DNA of 63,589 nt, counting the filler, from an uncultured bacterium (GTDB lineage: Bacteria > CAZDME01 > JAYEMH01): NCBI GenBank assembly GCA_964506785.1. It is 3 parts of 3 records of this genome, joined end to end, with 100 filler letters (N's around TTAATTAATTAA, not from the genome) between each part and the next. Parts side by side here need not be neighbours in the genome. Positions count along the whole stretch, not along the records: positions 43,746 to 63,589 come from CAZDME010000022.1; 2 more parts are not named here. One strand, 5' to 3'. The notes beneath the pieces were generated by a model. It did no database searches. It was not told the origin of the DNA and saw nothing but the letters and a program-made list of their open reading frames with translations. The translations under genes were made by a program, and so were the position numbers. This document shows, piece after piece, positions 62,901-63,589 of the stretch; the first letter of the stretch is position 1, and every line of letters begins with the position of its first letter.

Positions 62901-63148
62901 GTCGAAGAAAGGCGCCGTAAATTAGGGACCGTACCGACAACCTCTTCAATGGGCTTGGTAATAATGGTTTCTACCTCTTCCGGAGCGGCATTTTCATAGC
63001 GGGTAACTATACTGAGCTGGGGAAAAACAATCGGGGGGAAAAGTTCTCGGGGAAGGCGTATCCAGGAAATAACTCCAATAAGAATTATCCCCAGGAAAAT
63101 CATACTGATGGTTACGGGTTTTTTTACCGAAAATTCCGAGAGAGTCAT
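59987..63148 (-). CDS. RND efflux permease (AcrB/MdtB family)
   Basis: KPVT, NMMSLGGLALGVGMLVDN, RLRPILMT. Confidence 0.95.
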   Translation of the reverse strand: MTLSEFSVKKPVTISMIFLGIILIGVISWIRLPRELFPPIVFPQLSIVTRYENAAPEEVETIITKPIEEVVGTVPNLRRLSSTSKEGLSLVVADFNWGTNMDFASLSVREKIDLIKERLPREAEDSVVVKYNPLELPTMVLSLTGEDFSPFELKEICRRDIKEKLEKVEGVASVIITGGAEREILVEIDQGRLQASGISLLSVIKSLEESNLNFPAGTIEAEFYEYLVRTMGEFKTVEEIEDVAVLAVEDKEEKREFYSEEDEKEQRRLIYLRDIAKVKDTFKEKTSISRYNGLSNISLSIRKQADANTLQVVALVDQALKDLKPDLPEGIRMNVVYDQSTFVKRSLREVSNAALIGIALAFFILFFFLRNFRSSLIITFSVPISIMATLILMFFTNMFFKMGLNMMSLGGLALGVGMLVDNSVVVIENIFRHQQLGESPEKSAVQGANEVYNAVVASTLTTISVFFPFIFITGVAGQLFKQLAFTVIFSLLASLFVAVTLIPLFFRQVTFRPKEGVKRKFTFDLSKITRLFNIINKKTISFILLGAFFLFLASLGLLFKLDKEFMPKMDQRQFIIKLAMPMGTKIEITDRASKEIENLLLKIPEVEKVTLNIGSNKEAMPEETIEILGSHQADFMVSLFSLKDERPRARAENRKIRSTAEILQELKERIGEAKLSQAKLEYLLQESVFGSSFITAAPVAVNIKGYELEILKDLAGEIKEKLKRIRGLYGIKDTVAERTLESRIKIDKDRATLYHLSVNDISHLAQVAIEGEVATKFKELGEEFDVRVRLRPQDRASLSALKNIFIYTPGGEPVYLDQVASLKMERGPSEVKRQEQERIVQVTANVYKRRLTDIFSQVRQIIKLLPIPADYTVKLAGESAEMQYAFANIRFALILAIILVYMIMASLFESLIQPFIIMFTFPLAIIGVVAALFITHTPLSIVALLGVIMLGGIVVNNGIILIDFVNRLRQQGLGVREAAVEAAKIRLRPILMTSFTTIFGLLPLALGMAEGKELRAPLAITVIGGLTAATILTLVVIPSLYIIVENFREKFRK

Positions 63149-63149
63149 A

Positions 63150-63292
63150 GCAATCAGTTAAAAGGGTACAGTTTACAGTTAGGGGTATAGGTTAACAGTT
63201 TACCCCAAAGGACAAGCCTTCGGGGCAGGCAATGTACAGCCAAAAGTTAACAGTGTACAGTTCACAGTTTACAGTTAGTGGATAGTTAATAG
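63150..63292. repeat. 7-nt periodic ACAGTTT array with an embedded palindromic element (63199-63231)
   Basis: ACAGTTTACAGTT and ACAGTGTACAGTTCACAGTTTACAGTT; TACCCCAAAGG...CCTTCGGGGCAGGC. Confidence 0.75.
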
Positions 63293-63386
63293 TAAAAAGC
63301 GAACGCTTCTAAACCGCCAAATTTATCAGCAAAGTGTAAATATATCTTGTGAACAATACATACAGTGCGGCAAACTGATTTTAAGC

Positions 63387-63572
63387 TTACAGTGCCAAGG
63401 CTTCTTCTTCTACCACTTGAACGGCCATATCATGGGAAACTTCATCGGCATTAAGAATAACCAGGTCATCCACAGAAAGCCCCCCGGTAACCTCGGCGTA
63501 CTCATCAGTACGGTACCCTATGGTAACTTCCCTGGCTTTCGCTTTATTTTCTCTGGGTTCAACAAGATATAT
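63387..63572 (-). CDS. C-terminal fragment of RND periplasmic adaptor (MFP)
   Basis: YLVE..ENKAKAREVTIG...AEVTGGLSVDDLVI, a typical MFP C-terminus, upstream of two RND permeases. Confidence 0.8.
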   Translation of the reverse strand: MYLVEPRENKAKAREVTIGYRTDEYAEVTGGLSVDDLVILNADEVSHDMAVQVVEEEALAL

Positions 63573-63589
63573 TTACACTTTGCTGATAA

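Overview
This window is bacterial and appears to come from a draft genome. It holds three contigs (1-21773, 21874-43645, 43746-63589) joined by artificial 100-nt N-TTAATTAATTAA-N linkers, so adjacency across the gaps means nothing. Gene content (heptose/LPS genes, RND pumps, Firmicutes-like aroQ-pepP-efp-accBC-asp23 and ispE-spoVG-glmU-prs-rplY-pth clusters, Zn-ribbon SpoVG) suggests a diderm candidate-phylum organism, possibly PVC-related (inference). Most of the window is housekeeping, with four tRNAs (Pro-CGG, Gly-CCC, Ser-GCT, Gln-TTG). The most interesting region is 9455-21773, a c-di-GMP-linked cell-surface locus. It has two c-di-GMP-I riboswitches, each interrupted by a palindromic repeat insertion and with apparently opposite switching logic. 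They bracket a WecA-like transferase, an ExeA ATPase, an HD-GYP phosphodiesterase and glycosyltransferases, and the second precedes a giant DUF2341/LamG repeat protein. Other points: dispersed palindromic and 7/8-nt periodic repeats, small accessory islets at tRNA 3' ends (GIY-YIG nuclease with tandem HTH remnants and a Mod-type methylase; zeta-like ATPase with a small partner), several small ORFs missed by the ORF track, a frameshifted patatin, and a probable fold-back chimera at the window end.
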